This document shows, piece by piece, positions 34,894 to 45,419 of a stretch of DNA of 56,051 bases. The stretch lies in IMG/VR virus record IMGVR_UViG_3300025000_000126, positions 1-56,051 of that record; one strand, given 5' to 3'. The stretch is from a virus. Its lineage: Duplodnaviria > Caudoviricetes. A program made the translations under genes and the position numbers. The notes under the pieces were generated by a model. It was given only the letters and a program-made list of their open reading frames with translations. It made no database searches and was not told the DNA's origin. Positions within the stretch are counted from its first letter, which is position 1; each line of letters begins with the position of its first letter.

Positions 34894-37614
34894 TTAATCA
34901 AAATCTATTCCAGCGCGGCTAATCTCTGATGCTGCCAAAACCCGCTTCCACAATCCAGCTCCACTTACCCCGCCTATTAGCTGACTGCCATCTGCCAGAG
35001 AAACCATAGCGGCAAGCGCGAGGGCTTGAGTGGCAAACTCTTTACCCGTTCCATCAGCGTTATAGACAGCGTTATCAACTCCGGTAACCTCTATTATATC
35101 CAGCACAGACGGCCATTGCGGAGGATCAAGAAGGGAGTATTTCACCCGCCCTGAGTCTAAAATTAACTCATTGTTTGTATCGACCGCCCCCCTTGGAGAG
35201 GGTAATGCTTGCTCAAATAAATTGGCGATATACATAGCCCCTGCCATAGACGGGTGTATCGTGTCGCCGCTGTCATAGGCAGGTAATAAATATTGAGGGT
35301 TGCTCGGGTCTTCGAGGGCATCATACATATCAACCACTGCAACCGACGGATTTGCATCATAGGTTGTATGAATCCACTGGTTATGGGCTTCCAAGTCTAT
35401 CTGTCTCTGTTCAGTCCAAAGAGCATGACCTTTGAACGGCGTGATAGTGCCGATGACAAATAAAGCCCCGGTAGCCAGAGTCGTATCAATTATCTCTTCG
35501 ATATTATCTCTAACCCTGCTGTATTCCCTGTCGTTTTTCACATCGTTGATGCCTACTATCATCGTCACGACAGATGGGCTAAAACTCAGAACGTCAGGCT
35601 GTAGCCGCTCCAATACAAGATCAGTTGTATTCCCTCCAATTCCTGCATTGACCACATTTGACGCTGAAGGCAGAAGCCCCCATAAATAGCCAGGATATCC
35701 GACCCCCCCATAGACCGTTATCGAATCTCCCACGCAAACAATGACCCCTGTCCCGGTGTGCCTTGTTGCAATTCGTTTCGGCGCACGTTCTTTTTTGACC
35801 GGAAATCCTGTGGTCCTGACATAATTTCCGCCATTTACAGTCAGATGCCAGTTGGTAAATTCTGCTGGCATATCTCGCATGTCCACATAACGGAAAAAGC
35901 CATACCCAGACCCAACAACTCCAGTTGCCGTAACTGTTTTTGACAGTCGATACCACCCATCACCAAGCGATGTTATCGAATCAACAGTTAGTAATGACAC
36001 TCCATCAACGCGTAGTTTTAGGTCCACGTTGGCATCATAACTATCTCCGACGACAGGTTCTCTGTGGTCCGCACATCTCATGTCGAGGGTAAAGGTTACT
36101 TCCTGCCCTGAGAGATTATCAAGCGTGTAGATGTAGCAAAAATTAGTCAATCCACCATCTACAGAAACTATCCCGTTAGACACACTGTCTATGTTGCTGT
36201 ACCCGTTCACCTCAAAGATTGACCGAGGCTCAGATACTGGCAAAAGATTCTCAGCATTGCGCTCGCTGTACCCGTCTTGGTCGAGAGTGTTATTGCCAAA
36301 AAATATGTTAGAACTGATATGGCTTGCTGGTGTCGCGACGGTAGCTATTGCGTCAAGTTGTTTTGTTCCACGGTCATGCCAAACTGCTGATCCAACGTGC
36401 GATAGTGTTGGGAAAGAATAAAAATATTTGTCATTTATATTTACGTCCCAGATATAGCCTTCCGCCCAAAGGTTTGATGACCCAAGCCTTCCGATACTCC
36501 CGGCGATGTTGGTTATTGGATAAGCCGACGCGTAGTTATTTATTACACCGCCGGAATACTCTGTTGTAGACACCGGCTGCCCTAACGCGTCAAATGTCGA
36601 GACTGTAAATGTTACTTGGCCTGTGGCCTTCACAAACTCAACTCGCACATTTACGATATCGTTGGCAGTGTAAATATATGTTGGGCAATAGACAAGATTG
36701 CTGCCTTCTGCCGTAGCTCTGTAGAAGGCCAAAACTCCATTGGTCATTATCCGTAATGACAATGATTGCAATGTCCTAATGCTGACAATAAGTGGTCCGG
36801 TAGAGACGTTGGCAATCTTGAAAGATGCTTGGAGAACAATATCCCCAATAAGTTCGCTTGGCGGTATTGTGAGGGGAACGTGGTCAGATGTGCCGTTGAA
36901 ATAACCACTCTGCAACAACTGTACTGGCCGGCTTGATGCACCTACAGAATCAACCATATTAGACGCAAGCATTGTGTTGAACACTGCGATATCTTCTGAC
37001 CCCAACAGTTCTTCGTCGGTAAATGACCACGAAGCGCATCCTGAACCGTCCGTCAATGCGGGTATTCTCCACCCAGGACCAATTACATCCAAGCTGCCAA
37101 CCTCCAGAGATTGCGACCCATCAGCAACCGTGAAACCCATCTCATTGCACCAGTTCGTTCCGCTACCATCCACCGCCTCGACTATCCCGGTGGTCGTCAG
37201 ATACAAGTGATGGCCCAATCCACTCGCGTCCAACTCAAAAGCACCACCAACATTGATCCCCGGCCAGTACGCCCACAACGTACCTGCCCTGTGCACCTCA
37301 ATATCCCAACAATCAGCGGAGATGGTCAACGTGCCGTCAACGGTGCAGGTCGGAGTAGTGCCGCTGGATGTTATGGTGTCCGTGGTCAACAGGCCCGTAG
37401 ATGCACCAGTTCCGGCACCTGTGAAGGCTGAACCCTTGACTTGCGGAGTGGCTGAATAACTAATAGGGTAAGAACAAACTAAATTAGTTCCCTGAATGTT
37501 TCCCCTATAGTATGCAATAAGATCTTCCTGAAAAGGAAGACCCCCTTGCCTATTACTTCCTGATCCCCATAATGCTGGAGATGCTTTATCATAAGTTTTA
37601 TTATAGGTTCCCAT
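34894..37614 (-). CDS. Tail spike/receptor-binding protein with lectin-like domains and an SGNH/GDSL esterase
   Basis: GDSIT, NAGIGG, GIND and DTIHP SGNH blocks, preceded by beta-sandwich/LamG-like regions. Confidence 0.8.
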   Translation of the reverse strand: MGTYNKTYDKASPALWGSGSNRQGGLPFQEDLIAYYRGNIQGTNLVCSYPISYSATPQVKGSAFTGAGTGASTGLLTTDTITSSGTTPTCTVDGTLTISADCWDIEVHRAGTLWAYWPGINVGGAFELDASGLGHHLYLTTTGIVEAVDGSGTNWCNEMGFTVADGSQSLEVGSLDVIGPGWRIPALTDGSGCASWSFTDEELLGSEDIAVFNTMLASNMVDSVGASSRPVQLLQSGYFNGTSDHVPLTIPPSELIGDIVLQASFKIANVSTGPLIVSIRTLQSLSLRIMTNGVLAFYRATAEGSNLVYCPTYIYTANDIVNVRVEFVKATGQVTFTVSTFDALGQPVSTTEYSGGVINNYASAYPITNIAGSIGRLGSSNLWAEGYIWDVNINDKYFYSFPTLSHVGSAVWHDRGTKQLDAIATVATPASHISSNIFFGNNTLDQDGYSERNAENLLPVSEPRSIFEVNGYSNIDSVSNGIVSVDGGLTNFCYIYTLDNLSGQEVTFTLDMRCADHREPVVGDSYDANVDLKLRVDGVSLLTVDSITSLGDGWYRLSKTVTATGVVGSGYGFFRYVDMRDMPAEFTNWHLTVNGGNYVRTTGFPVKKERAPKRIATRHTGTGVIVCVGDSITVYGGVGYPGYLWGLLPSASNVVNAGIGGNTTDLVLERLQPDVLSFSPSVVTMIVGINDVKNDREYSRVRDNIEEIIDTTLATGALFVIGTITPFKGHALWTEQRQIDLEAHNQWIHTTYDANPSVAVVDMYDALEDPSNPQYLLPAYDSGDTIHPSMAGAMYIANLFEQALPSPRGAVDTNNELILDSGRVKYSLLDPPQWPSVLDIIEVTGVDNAVYNADGTGKEFATQALALAAMVSLADGSQLIGGVSGAGLWKRVLAASEISRAGIDFD

Positions 37615-37621
37615 CAGGGTC

Positions 37622-37918
37622 TCACTTATTCAAGTAGCGTCCAAGTCGGACATACACAGCAGCATTGTTAGCTACACCTGTAAGCCTCAATTCTACACCA
37701 TGCTCTGAGATGAATACAGTTTTATATACATCTGCAGTGTAACTCTCATCAGGGAAATCTGTCCAAGAAGGTACAGCCTTTAATGTACTCGGTGGTAATT
37801 TATATTGAAGTTTAACAGCCCCTGCAGTCAACCCTTCTACTAAGATATCACATTGGCCTACAATAAGAAATCCGGGACTTGATTCTCCAACACCAATACT
37901 AGCTTCTACCATGTGCAT
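37622..37918 (-). CDS. Hypothetical virion-associated protein
   Basis: AGGAG RBS; beta-rich 98 aa upstream of the spike gene. Confidence 0.7.
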   Translation of the reverse strand: MHMVEASIGVGESSPGFLIVGQCDILVEGLTAGAVKLQYKLPPSTLKAVPSWTDFPDESYTADVYKTVFISEHGVELRLTGVANNAAVYVRLGRYLNK

Positions 37919-37932
37919 AATCTTCTCCTATC

Positions 37933-38268
37933 CTAACTCTTTAGTATAATCCCTAATATGAATAAACATATAGGGACTAGAAATGTAAGAGCACTTAAGA
38001 CTCCTACAGCCTTATTCATAAAGGCACTTTGCTCAGCTATCTTCTTATCTTGTTCTTCATCTTTCTCTTTCTGCTGCTCAAAGATCTTATCAATTCTTAT
38101 ATTGGTTCTTTGTAATTCAGCAAAATTCTCTACTAGCTTTACTGAGACTTTAGATAACTCTTGGTGGCTCTCGGTTAATCTCTCATTCATATCTTTAAGC
38201 TCACGCATAGTATCCATCATATATGCATGAGCCTCACAGTCCTCAGCCCTACATCTCCCGTCAGCCAT
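37933..38268 (-). CDS. Coiled-coil protein with C-terminal TM helix (holin-like/membrane)
   Basis: Heptad coil followed by VLSALTFLVPICLFILGIIL. Confidence 0.6.
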   Translation of the reverse strand: MADGRCRAEDCEAHAYMMDTMRELKDMNERLTESHQELSKVSVKLVENFAELQRTNIRIDKIFEQQKEKDEEQDKKIAEQSAFMNKAVGVLSALTFLVPICLFILGIILKS

Positions 38269-38294
38269 TTACATATCCTTATCTTTCTTTATAT

Positions 38295-38330
38295 AAAAAC
38301 CTATAGGGTTCTTAAAGACACCCTATAGGC
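38295..38330 (-). terminator. Rho-independent terminator after the 2004-aa gene
   Basis: CCTATAGGGT...ACCCTATAGG stem followed by a T-tract on the minus strand. Confidence 0.75.
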
Positions 38331-38360
38331 CCAGAAGATCTTATACTTCGTATATACTCC

Positions 38361-41300
38361 TTATTGTGCTTTCTTAGTTCTCCGAAGAGTGCTAAATGTA
38401 ATTAATGGTTCATCTACATTCCTAGCCCAAGCGTTATACTTGTTTATCTTCCTTCTAAGTTGACCGTAAGAAGACCCGTCCTTATAGTCCTCAAGGATCT
38501 TACTCTTGATCATACTATATTCAGATTTCTCTGCAGTATCTGTAATCCAACTATAAGCAAGCTTACCAGCACCTGGAATATTCCTTAAGGTATAGAAGGA
38601 AGCTTCTTTCTCAGGATCTATTAAGTTACGAAGATCCTTAATAGGATCATCAGCCAACTGTAGGGGTGGTATAAGATTACCAGATACAAAGCTCTTAAAG
38701 AAACCATCCCTTTCAGCCTTCTGTAAGGAGAACTTACTGACCATCACCATCTTGAGTAAGTTATCAATCACCCTATCGGAGTAAGATTGAGAATCTACTT
38801 TACCTAAGATAAAGTCTTTCAACTCATCTGCAGTAGCCCCTGCAAGAATTACTAGGGTTAAAAGCTTACTAGCATCTCTAAGGGACTTAATTCTTTCTTT
38901 AGGGGTCTTTGCTTCCTGTACGTTGTATACAAACCTTTTATAAAGGTTGTTCAGTAACTTAATATTATAACTCTTCAGAGCATAGAAGAATCTACCATTA
39001 CCTGCAGTGAGATACTTCATAGGCATCTCAGATAAAGATACAGGCTGTACTTCTGACAGTGCATTAAATGCAAAGAACTTTACAAGGTTAGTATCTTTAC
39101 CATCCTTTATATCATTATAGGTCTGTTCAGTATCTTTCTCAAGGTACTTACCCCATTCAGATCTGAATTGATCTAAAGAGGATTTCTTAGCTTTATTGAT
39201 TACTGCATTCATGTAAAGTTCTTTACCGAACTTATCCATTGCAGTCATACCAAATCTTCTAAGAGACCAGTCCAACCATGCAGCAGTCTTACCAGTCTGA
39301 AACTCTCTAAGAGAATGTGCTAGATCTAAGTCTCTTGCAGATACTACCTTTTTACCAAAGGCAGCCTGAAGAGAGTTCTGCAGTCCAGCATCACTAAGAG
39401 AGAAAGACGTATCACCTAACTGAGTAACAGCAGATAAAGGATTACCAAGTACAGACATAAGACTTAAGTTACGTAAAGCAGCCCAAGTTCCTGTCATACC
39501 TGTCTGAGTTAATCTACCTCTTAGTAGTTTAATAAGGTCTGACTGGTCTTTAGGGGAAAGATCAACACCCTCTACATCCTTGTTGATTGGATTAGCAAAG
39601 ATCCATTTCTGTATCTTATTCCTATTCCTTATAGCAAGTGCATAAGCTGCTGTACCAACCTTCAAGGTCTTCAAGTCTTCTTCAATGTTAGCTAGTTCTT
39701 TAAGTTTCCTATTATGCTCTACATTGGTTAGACTCTTCTCTAAGAACTCAGAGATACCTTCTTGGTATTCCTTGTCAGATATACTATCTAACCAAGCTTC
39801 AAGCTCTACGATCTTCTTAGTTGTTCTATTGTATCCTTTAGATTCTGGTCTCTTACTCTCAAGAGTCTTATACAACCTATCACGTAACTCTGCATTCTGT
39901 TTTCTCTTAGTACTACCGAACATTGCTCTAGACTCTATAGCTTCATTATTCTCATAGATGTGATGAACTAGAGCCTCAGAGGTATTCATATAATGGTGCT
40001 TCCAAGTTGCAGGTACTACATGAATCTGTCGTTCCTTTGCAGATGATGGGGTCTTAAAGGCAAGCTTTGGCATCCTCCCTGTATTTACAAGAGAAGTGAT
40101 AGCAGCCTCCCTGTCAGTCGCATTAAGACCTTCACGGTCTATCTGAGCCTCTATAACACCATAAGAACCATCATCCTTCATGGATTGTCTAAGAGCATTA
40201 ATATCTTTTACTACACGTGGCCAGTAATCTTCTACCTCGTTAGTCTTATTAAGACCTACAACCTTTCTTCGCTTGTAGATGTCTGCAAGTACTTTCTTAA
40301 CCTTTGCATACTCATCAAGCATCTTATTGTCTTTTAGGATCTGATCTCGTCTTGCAGAATACTCATTAGTTCCATCAGCATTCATAAGATAAAGATCTAA
40401 GAGAAGCCTATCCTTTTGAGATAACTTATCGTACTTGTCAATAAAAGGTTTAACTTCCTTAGAGTACTCCTGATTCTTAATGGAGATATTAAACTCCATG
40501 TTTCTCAAGTGATTAGCTATAGGCTGAGAGATCTGAGCTAACCTTTCAGTTGTACTCTGTGCATAATCCTTAATTGTATCTTTAATATCTGATACTTGTT
40601 TCTTTAACCATGCTGTAGGAGAATCTTTTAATGAGACTTCCAATTCCTTCATGGTCTGAAAGTGCTTCTCTGCAGAGGTGGTAGCCTTGTCAGATTCAAG
40701 TACATCTATACCATACGTTTTGGTTCCTGCAGTCCACATAGTTGTATCCTGCCCTGCCAGTTCTGTGTAGAGTTCTAACATCCTCTTCATAGCACTATCA
40801 GAAACAGATACACCAGTACGAGAAAACATCTTAGCTAAGATACCAACTATAGCATCATAGATGTTCTTTACTGCACTCCTTAATGTAGAAGGAGTCTTTT
40901 TAAAAGTAGAGGGTAACTCTACAGTTGTAAGGAACTGAGAGAATCCTTTATTGTTAAAAGGCTGAGCCATGAACTCAAACTCATTCGTTAATGCATAAAG
41001 GATAGCTCTTTCTGTAGTCTCTATCTCTCTATCATTAGTGAATGCTTTCTTGAATTCCTGACCTGTTCTCTTCTGAAGAGCTTTTACTTTATCAAGATTC
41101 TCCTGAGATATAAGACCCCTAGCTACAGCTTCCTGCCCTACAAGATCCATCAGGTCTATTACTTCCTGTCTTACCTTATCGTTACTATACAGTTCCCTTA
41201 CAGTAATAGCATGAGCAATCTCATGTAATGGTGTAGGGTCTACTGTGTTGATCCCTGTAAGAACCACTGTATGGGTGTTAGGGTCATAATGGGCTGAAGG

Positions 41301-44300
41301 AGCTTCAGGGTCCTTTCTGATTCTTAAGGAGTTAAGCTTATTGTTGTTATCACTAAGTAATCTTTTCAAGAACCCAGCAAGGTTCTTATACTCTTTAGGT
41401 ACCTCAGTGCCTCTAATATATCTATCAAGAATACTAGTTGCTGTATTCTGAGTTAAGTTGTCAATCTCAGTTACTACCTTATCCCTTGCAGCCTTGTCAG
41501 GGATAGTATCCTTAGCGAACATCATTGCATCAATCTTGTTCCAACCTAAGCGATCTAAGATGCTTGTAGCTGTTTTAGTGACTTCAGCTTTTCTAGCATC
41601 TACCTGAGCTTTAGGTCTACGAATAGTATCAACCCATAGAGGTTCTACTGCATTTTTAACTTCCTCTGCAGGTTTCTTACTTGATAGTTCTTTATCTACA
41701 GACTCTATAGTCTTCTTCCCGTCAGCAACATCTAAGAAATACTTCCCTCTAGACTCTGCAGGAACCTTATGTTTATCTAAGACTTCCTTCAAGGATTTAG
41801 CAGGAGGTGCTTCTACCTTCTCTTCCTTCTCTACATTAAGAGGGACTGCAGCAGCCACATCTCCTTTAGTAGCAGAAGCAATGGTTCCTTCCTTCTCAGA
41901 ACCCTCATCAACTTCAGTAGAGGATTCCTGTCTTTCCATCTTATCTATCTCTGCTCTCTTCTTCCCGTAGTCTAAGACAGCACCCTTAGCTTTACTAATA
42001 GCCCAAGACTTAAAGGATGCCCCTTTCTCAGGATTGAAAGTAGTAGCAGCCTTAGTGATAGCCTCTAAAGCTACGCCAGAAGCTTCAGGATCATCTCTGA
42101 GATAACTTTTAGCTAGTACCTTACCTACCACCTCTTCAGGGTTAATAGTCTCTACAAGGGCCTTCTGAGGCTCTGTAAGCTTAATGACTTCTTTTACCTT
42201 CTCTTCCTTGGTTATTGGAAGCTTTCCTTCTGACAGAGACTGTATAGCTTCCTTTTGTCCAGTAAAGAAACCATGAGAGATCCTTTCCCCTTCAGTCCCT
42301 TTCTGAATAAACTCCCACTTCCTTGTACCCCTTTTAACTAAGATACCATTACCGTTAGTAAGAACTCCTGTCATCCCAACTCTAGTCCACTCTGTAGGAG
42401 TGTAACTAACAGAAGTCTTTGCACCAGTTCTATCTACACCAGTAATCTCACCTTTAGGTACTACAGTGTCATCACGTTTTATAAGCTTATCTTGGAGTTT
42501 TTCTATCTTATTTTCAGTAGATACTACCTCTTCTTCAGATACATCAGGACCCTTGATAGATTCTTTTAGTTGTGTTATCTCACTACTTATAGCCTCTGCC
42601 TTCTTAGCAGATACTTGAGCAATAGGTTGTACAGTAACCTGTGGAGTTCCTTTAGCTTTCTCCTTGGTTACTATAACTCCTGTAGCTTCCTGCAACTTTT
42701 TAAGTTCATTCTTTTCTTTTAGTGTAAGCTTAGTCTTTGCAGATAGTTCAGTAACTCTAGTAACACTAGCTTCTTTGGCTTGCTTCTCTACTATTGCTTG
42801 CTGTTGTTCTACAGTAAGAGTATTAGAATCCTCTGGAAGCTCAGCCATAGCCTCTGCAATCTTTGTAGGATTGTCATAGATAGGCTTCTTCCACTGTGCT
42901 GTAAGATTTGTAGCTTTCCTTTCAGGTTCTGCTACTGCTTTTACTTTCCCTTTAGTTGGTACTTCAGCTATCTTAGAGGGTGGAAGCTCACCACCTTTTT
43001 GATATTCTTCTACCTGCTTATCCATTAAGGTATTAGTTTCCTTTTTAGATAATGGTAGATCTTTCTTCCATTGAGGTTCTGTACCTGATTTATTATAAAG
43101 TTCTCTAGGCTCTACTGTAGGTGTAGTTATATCTCTTGAAACACCTGGAGGGGCTATACCTTCCCCATAAGGAGATATTACTTTCTTTACTGTTTCAGGA
43201 GTACCTGTAGGGATACCAGACTCTTGAAGAACTTCTTCAGGAGCTTTAGTGATTTTATTTATAATACCTTTTTCTTCAAGTTTCTGAATATTAAGATCAG
43301 AAGAAGCTCTCTGAAGAACAGGGTTAGTGAGAGAGAGAGGACCTTTCTCTAAATTAAGTTCTACATAGTCGGACCAAAGTTTAGCAGCCTCTGGAGAAGC
43401 TACTTTCATCTTATCATAAATCTGACCTGCAGAGATTCTTCTTTGTTCTACGTCCTCAGAACTGAGACCTTTCTCAAGATTGCTTCTAATCTTTTGCTGA
43501 CTTCTATTCTCTACATAAGATGCAGCAGTTGCTATAGGGGCTTCAGCTACAAGACCAATCATAAAGGTCTTGAAGTAGTCTGGAGCTTCTCTATAGATAT
43601 CATAGCTCTTATCTACTTCATACTGTAGTTTCTCTGCTGCAACTTCCGATAGACCACCAACAGATCCAGCCCCTGCAGCCTTTGCAAGAAGTGTTGGAAC
43701 TCCTACAGTCTTTGCAGCTATTCCAAGATAATCATCTACCTTCAGGAGATCATGAGTAAAAGCTGCTTTCAGTGCATTCTTAGTTAAACCACCACCAAGT
43801 TTTGCAGTAAATAGATCAACACCAGTAGATGCTAACTCAGTGATTACCTCTATACCAGTTTGCTTGAAGGCATAGCTATCAGCTTCCTCTGGAGAAGCAT
43901 CTGGCTTCTGCTTAAAGAACTCTTCAAGATTCTGATCATAAAGGCCCCTAGCCAAGATAGTAGCAGCACCACTAGCACCAAGAGTTGCACCAGCAGCAGA
44001 AGCCCCAGGTACTGGAACTAAAGCACCAGCAGCACTACCAGCAAGTCCACCAGCCATGATGGGTGCTGATACTGGTATAGATTGTGCAGCACCTGTAAGG
44101 GTTCCAGATACAATACCTTCTTTACCAAAATACTCTTCAACATCTGGTTTAGCAAAAGAGGTCTCGTTAATCCAGTCACCAATATCTGCCATCCACTCCT
44201 GACCAGAACCAGTACCATAAAGCTTTAATGCTTCTCCAGATCCAGACCAAAGTCCATGAAGAACATCAGCAAATGTGTTTCTACTCTCTGTGTAGAGTGG

Positions 44301-44375
44301 TACATCAGAGGCAGGAATCGTAGTATATATGCCATCTGGATCAACAGATTCCCAGAAACTATCAAACATTGCCAT
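38361..44375 (-). CDS. Large internal virion/ejection protein (2004 aa), multidomain
   Basis: Last gene of the ejection cluster. It has a Gly/Ala-rich hydrophobic N-terminus, a zincin-like HEIAH motif and an internal sigma-region-2-like segment. Confidence 0.8.
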   Translation of the reverse strand: MAMFDSFWESVDPDGIYTTIPASDVPLYTESRNTFADVLHGLWSGSGEALKLYGTGSGQEWMADIGDWINETSFAKPDVEEYFGKEGIVSGTLTGAAQSIPVSAPIMAGGLAGSAAGALVPVPGASAAGATLGASGAATILARGLYDQNLEEFFKQKPDASPEEADSYAFKQTGIEVITELASTGVDLFTAKLGGGLTKNALKAAFTHDLLKVDDYLGIAAKTVGVPTLLAKAAGAGSVGGLSEVAAEKLQYEVDKSYDIYREAPDYFKTFMIGLVAEAPIATAASYVENRSQQKIRSNLEKGLSSEDVEQRRISAGQIYDKMKVASPEAAKLWSDYVELNLEKGPLSLTNPVLQRASSDLNIQKLEEKGIINKITKAPEEVLQESGIPTGTPETVKKVISPYGEGIAPPGVSRDITTPTVEPRELYNKSGTEPQWKKDLPLSKKETNTLMDKQVEEYQKGGELPPSKIAEVPTKGKVKAVAEPERKATNLTAQWKKPIYDNPTKIAEAMAELPEDSNTLTVEQQQAIVEKQAKEASVTRVTELSAKTKLTLKEKNELKKLQEATGVIVTKEKAKGTPQVTVQPIAQVSAKKAEAISSEITQLKESIKGPDVSEEEVVSTENKIEKLQDKLIKRDDTVVPKGEITGVDRTGAKTSVSYTPTEWTRVGMTGVLTNGNGILVKRGTRKWEFIQKGTEGERISHGFFTGQKEAIQSLSEGKLPITKEEKVKEVIKLTEPQKALVETINPEEVVGKVLAKSYLRDDPEASGVALEAITKAATTFNPEKGASFKSWAISKAKGAVLDYGKKRAEIDKMERQESSTEVDEGSEKEGTIASATKGDVAAAVPLNVEKEEKVEAPPAKSLKEVLDKHKVPAESRGKYFLDVADGKKTIESVDKELSSKKPAEEVKNAVEPLWVDTIRRPKAQVDARKAEVTKTATSILDRLGWNKIDAMMFAKDTIPDKAARDKVVTEIDNLTQNTATSILDRYIRGTEVPKEYKNLAGFLKRLLSDNNNKLNSLRIRKDPEAPSAHYDPNTHTVVLTGINTVDPTPLHEIAHAITVRELYSNDKVRQEVIDLMDLVGQEAVARGLISQENLDKVKALQKRTGQEFKKAFTNDREIETTERAILYALTNEFEFMAQPFNNKGFSQFLTTVELPSTFKKTPSTLRSAVKNIYDAIVGILAKMFSRTGVSVSDSAMKRMLELYTELAGQDTTMWTAGTKTYGIDVLESDKATTSAEKHFQTMKELEVSLKDSPTAWLKKQVSDIKDTIKDYAQSTTERLAQISQPIANHLRNMEFNISIKNQEYSKEVKPFIDKYDKLSQKDRLLLDLYLMNADGTNEYSARRDQILKDNKMLDEYAKVKKVLADIYKRRKVVGLNKTNEVEDYWPRVVKDINALRQSMKDDGSYGVIEAQIDREGLNATDREAAITSLVNTGRMPKLAFKTPSSAKERQIHVVPATWKHHYMNTSEALVHHIYENNEAIESRAMFGSTKRKQNAELRDRLYKTLESKRPESKGYNRTTKKIVELEAWLDSISDKEYQEGISEFLEKSLTNVEHNRKLKELANIEEDLKTLKVGTAAYALAIRNRNKIQKWIFANPINKDVEGVDLSPKDQSDLIKLLRGRLTQTGMTGTWAALRNLSLMSVLGNPLSAVTQLGDTSFSLSDAGLQNSLQAAFGKKVVSARDLDLAHSLREFQTGKTAAWLDWSLRRFGMTAMDKFGKELYMNAVINKAKKSSLDQFRSEWGKYLEKDTEQTYNDIKDGKDTNLVKFFAFNALSEVQPVSLSEMPMKYLTAGNGRFFYALKSYNIKLLNNLYKRFVYNVQEAKTPKERIKSLRDASKLLTLVILAGATADELKDFILGKVDSQSYSDRVIDNLLKMVMVSKFSLQKAERDGFFKSFVSGNLIPPLQLADDPIKDLRNLIDPEKEASFYTLRNIPGAGKLAYSWITDTAEKSEYSMIKSKILEDYKDGSSYGQLRRKINKYNAWARNVDEPLITFSTLRRTKKAQ

Positions 44376-44390
44376 AGTCGTTTATCCTTT

Positions 44391-45419
44391 CTACTTTATA
44401 TACTGAGTCTTACCGGCGTTAAGCCATCTTTGTATTGCAGATTTACCGTATGCCTGTTCAATTGCTGCTTTCTCTTCTTGAGACCCTTTACTATAAGCCT
44501 CTCCTTTCATAGCATCTGTCATGTTCAGGAGACTAGGAGGCTCTTCTGGATTATAAGAAGAACCAAAAGCTTTTATAGCATTCTCAGGATTTCTTTCAAC
44601 TTTAGTAGGAACCCTATTAGTGGTTTCTGTAGAGGAAGTTTTACCACCTAATACATCAAACAACATATTATCCCCGTCAGGATTCTTATCAAGATCATAT
44701 CCGAAACTCTTGAGATAAGTTTTTGTTTGTTCCACTGACCAGTAGGATCTTGCTTCCTCTTTAGAAATCTTTTCTCCTGTCTGATTGAAATAGTTTACTT
44801 GTATCTTTTTAATTGTAGAGTTTGGTAATTTCTCTGCGGCTTTAGCTGTCTTCTCGTCAGCAAATTGTATAAGTTCTGCAGGTGGTTTTCTTTCTTCTTC
44901 TCTCTTATTTAATCCAGTAGCAGTAGCAACAACAAGAGTGTCTTTAATCTTCTGAGCCTTGTCCTTATCTCCACCAGCTTTATCTAAAGCCCATCTGTCA
45001 AGAGCTTCCTGATTCTTCTCAAACATTTGCATCTGATCAGACTTCTTATTTGCAGCTTGTTTTTGTAACTCAAAGGAGCTACTCCTATAAGCAGCATTAG
45101 CCGCTCTTTCAGCAGCATTAGCTTTAGCTTCTTGTTCTGCTATACCAACCCTCCTACCTTCAAACTCAGAGGTAGTTTTGAATTGGTCCGCTTGTTGCTT
45201 TCTAGTAGCTGCACCTTCCTCTTTAGTTGCATCGATCTGCATCCCTGCAAGATCCTTCTGGTTCTGCATCTGTAATTTAGCAAGGTTCTCAGCCCTAAGC
45301 TCTCTAAGTCTTGATTGTTCAGACTCCCAGTTTCTTTTCTCATTTTCCTTTAAGATCTCTCCGTACCCTACCATCCCAGCACCGAGACCTCTCATCATAC
45401 CACCGAAGTTAAATGCCAT
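44391..45419 (-). CDS. Probable ejection/internal virion protein
   Basis: GGMMRGLGAGMVG N-terminus followed by a charged coiled coil; positional call. Confidence 0.65.
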   Translation of the reverse strand: MAFNFGGMMRGLGAGMVGYGEILKENEKRNWESEQSRLRELRAENLAKLQMQNQKDLAGMQIDATKEEGAATRKQQADQFKTTSEFEGRRVGIAEQEAKANAAERAANAAYRSSSFELQKQAANKKSDQMQMFEKNQEALDRWALDKAGGDKDKAQKIKDTLVVATATGLNKREEERKPPAELIQFADEKTAKAAEKLPNSTIKKIQVNYFNQTGEKISKEEARSYWSVEQTKTYLKSFGYDLDKNPDGDNMLFDVLGGKTSSTETTNRVPTKVERNPENAIKAFGSSYNPEEPPSLLNMTDAMKGEAYSKGSQEEKAAIEQAYGKSAIQRWLNAGKTQYIK

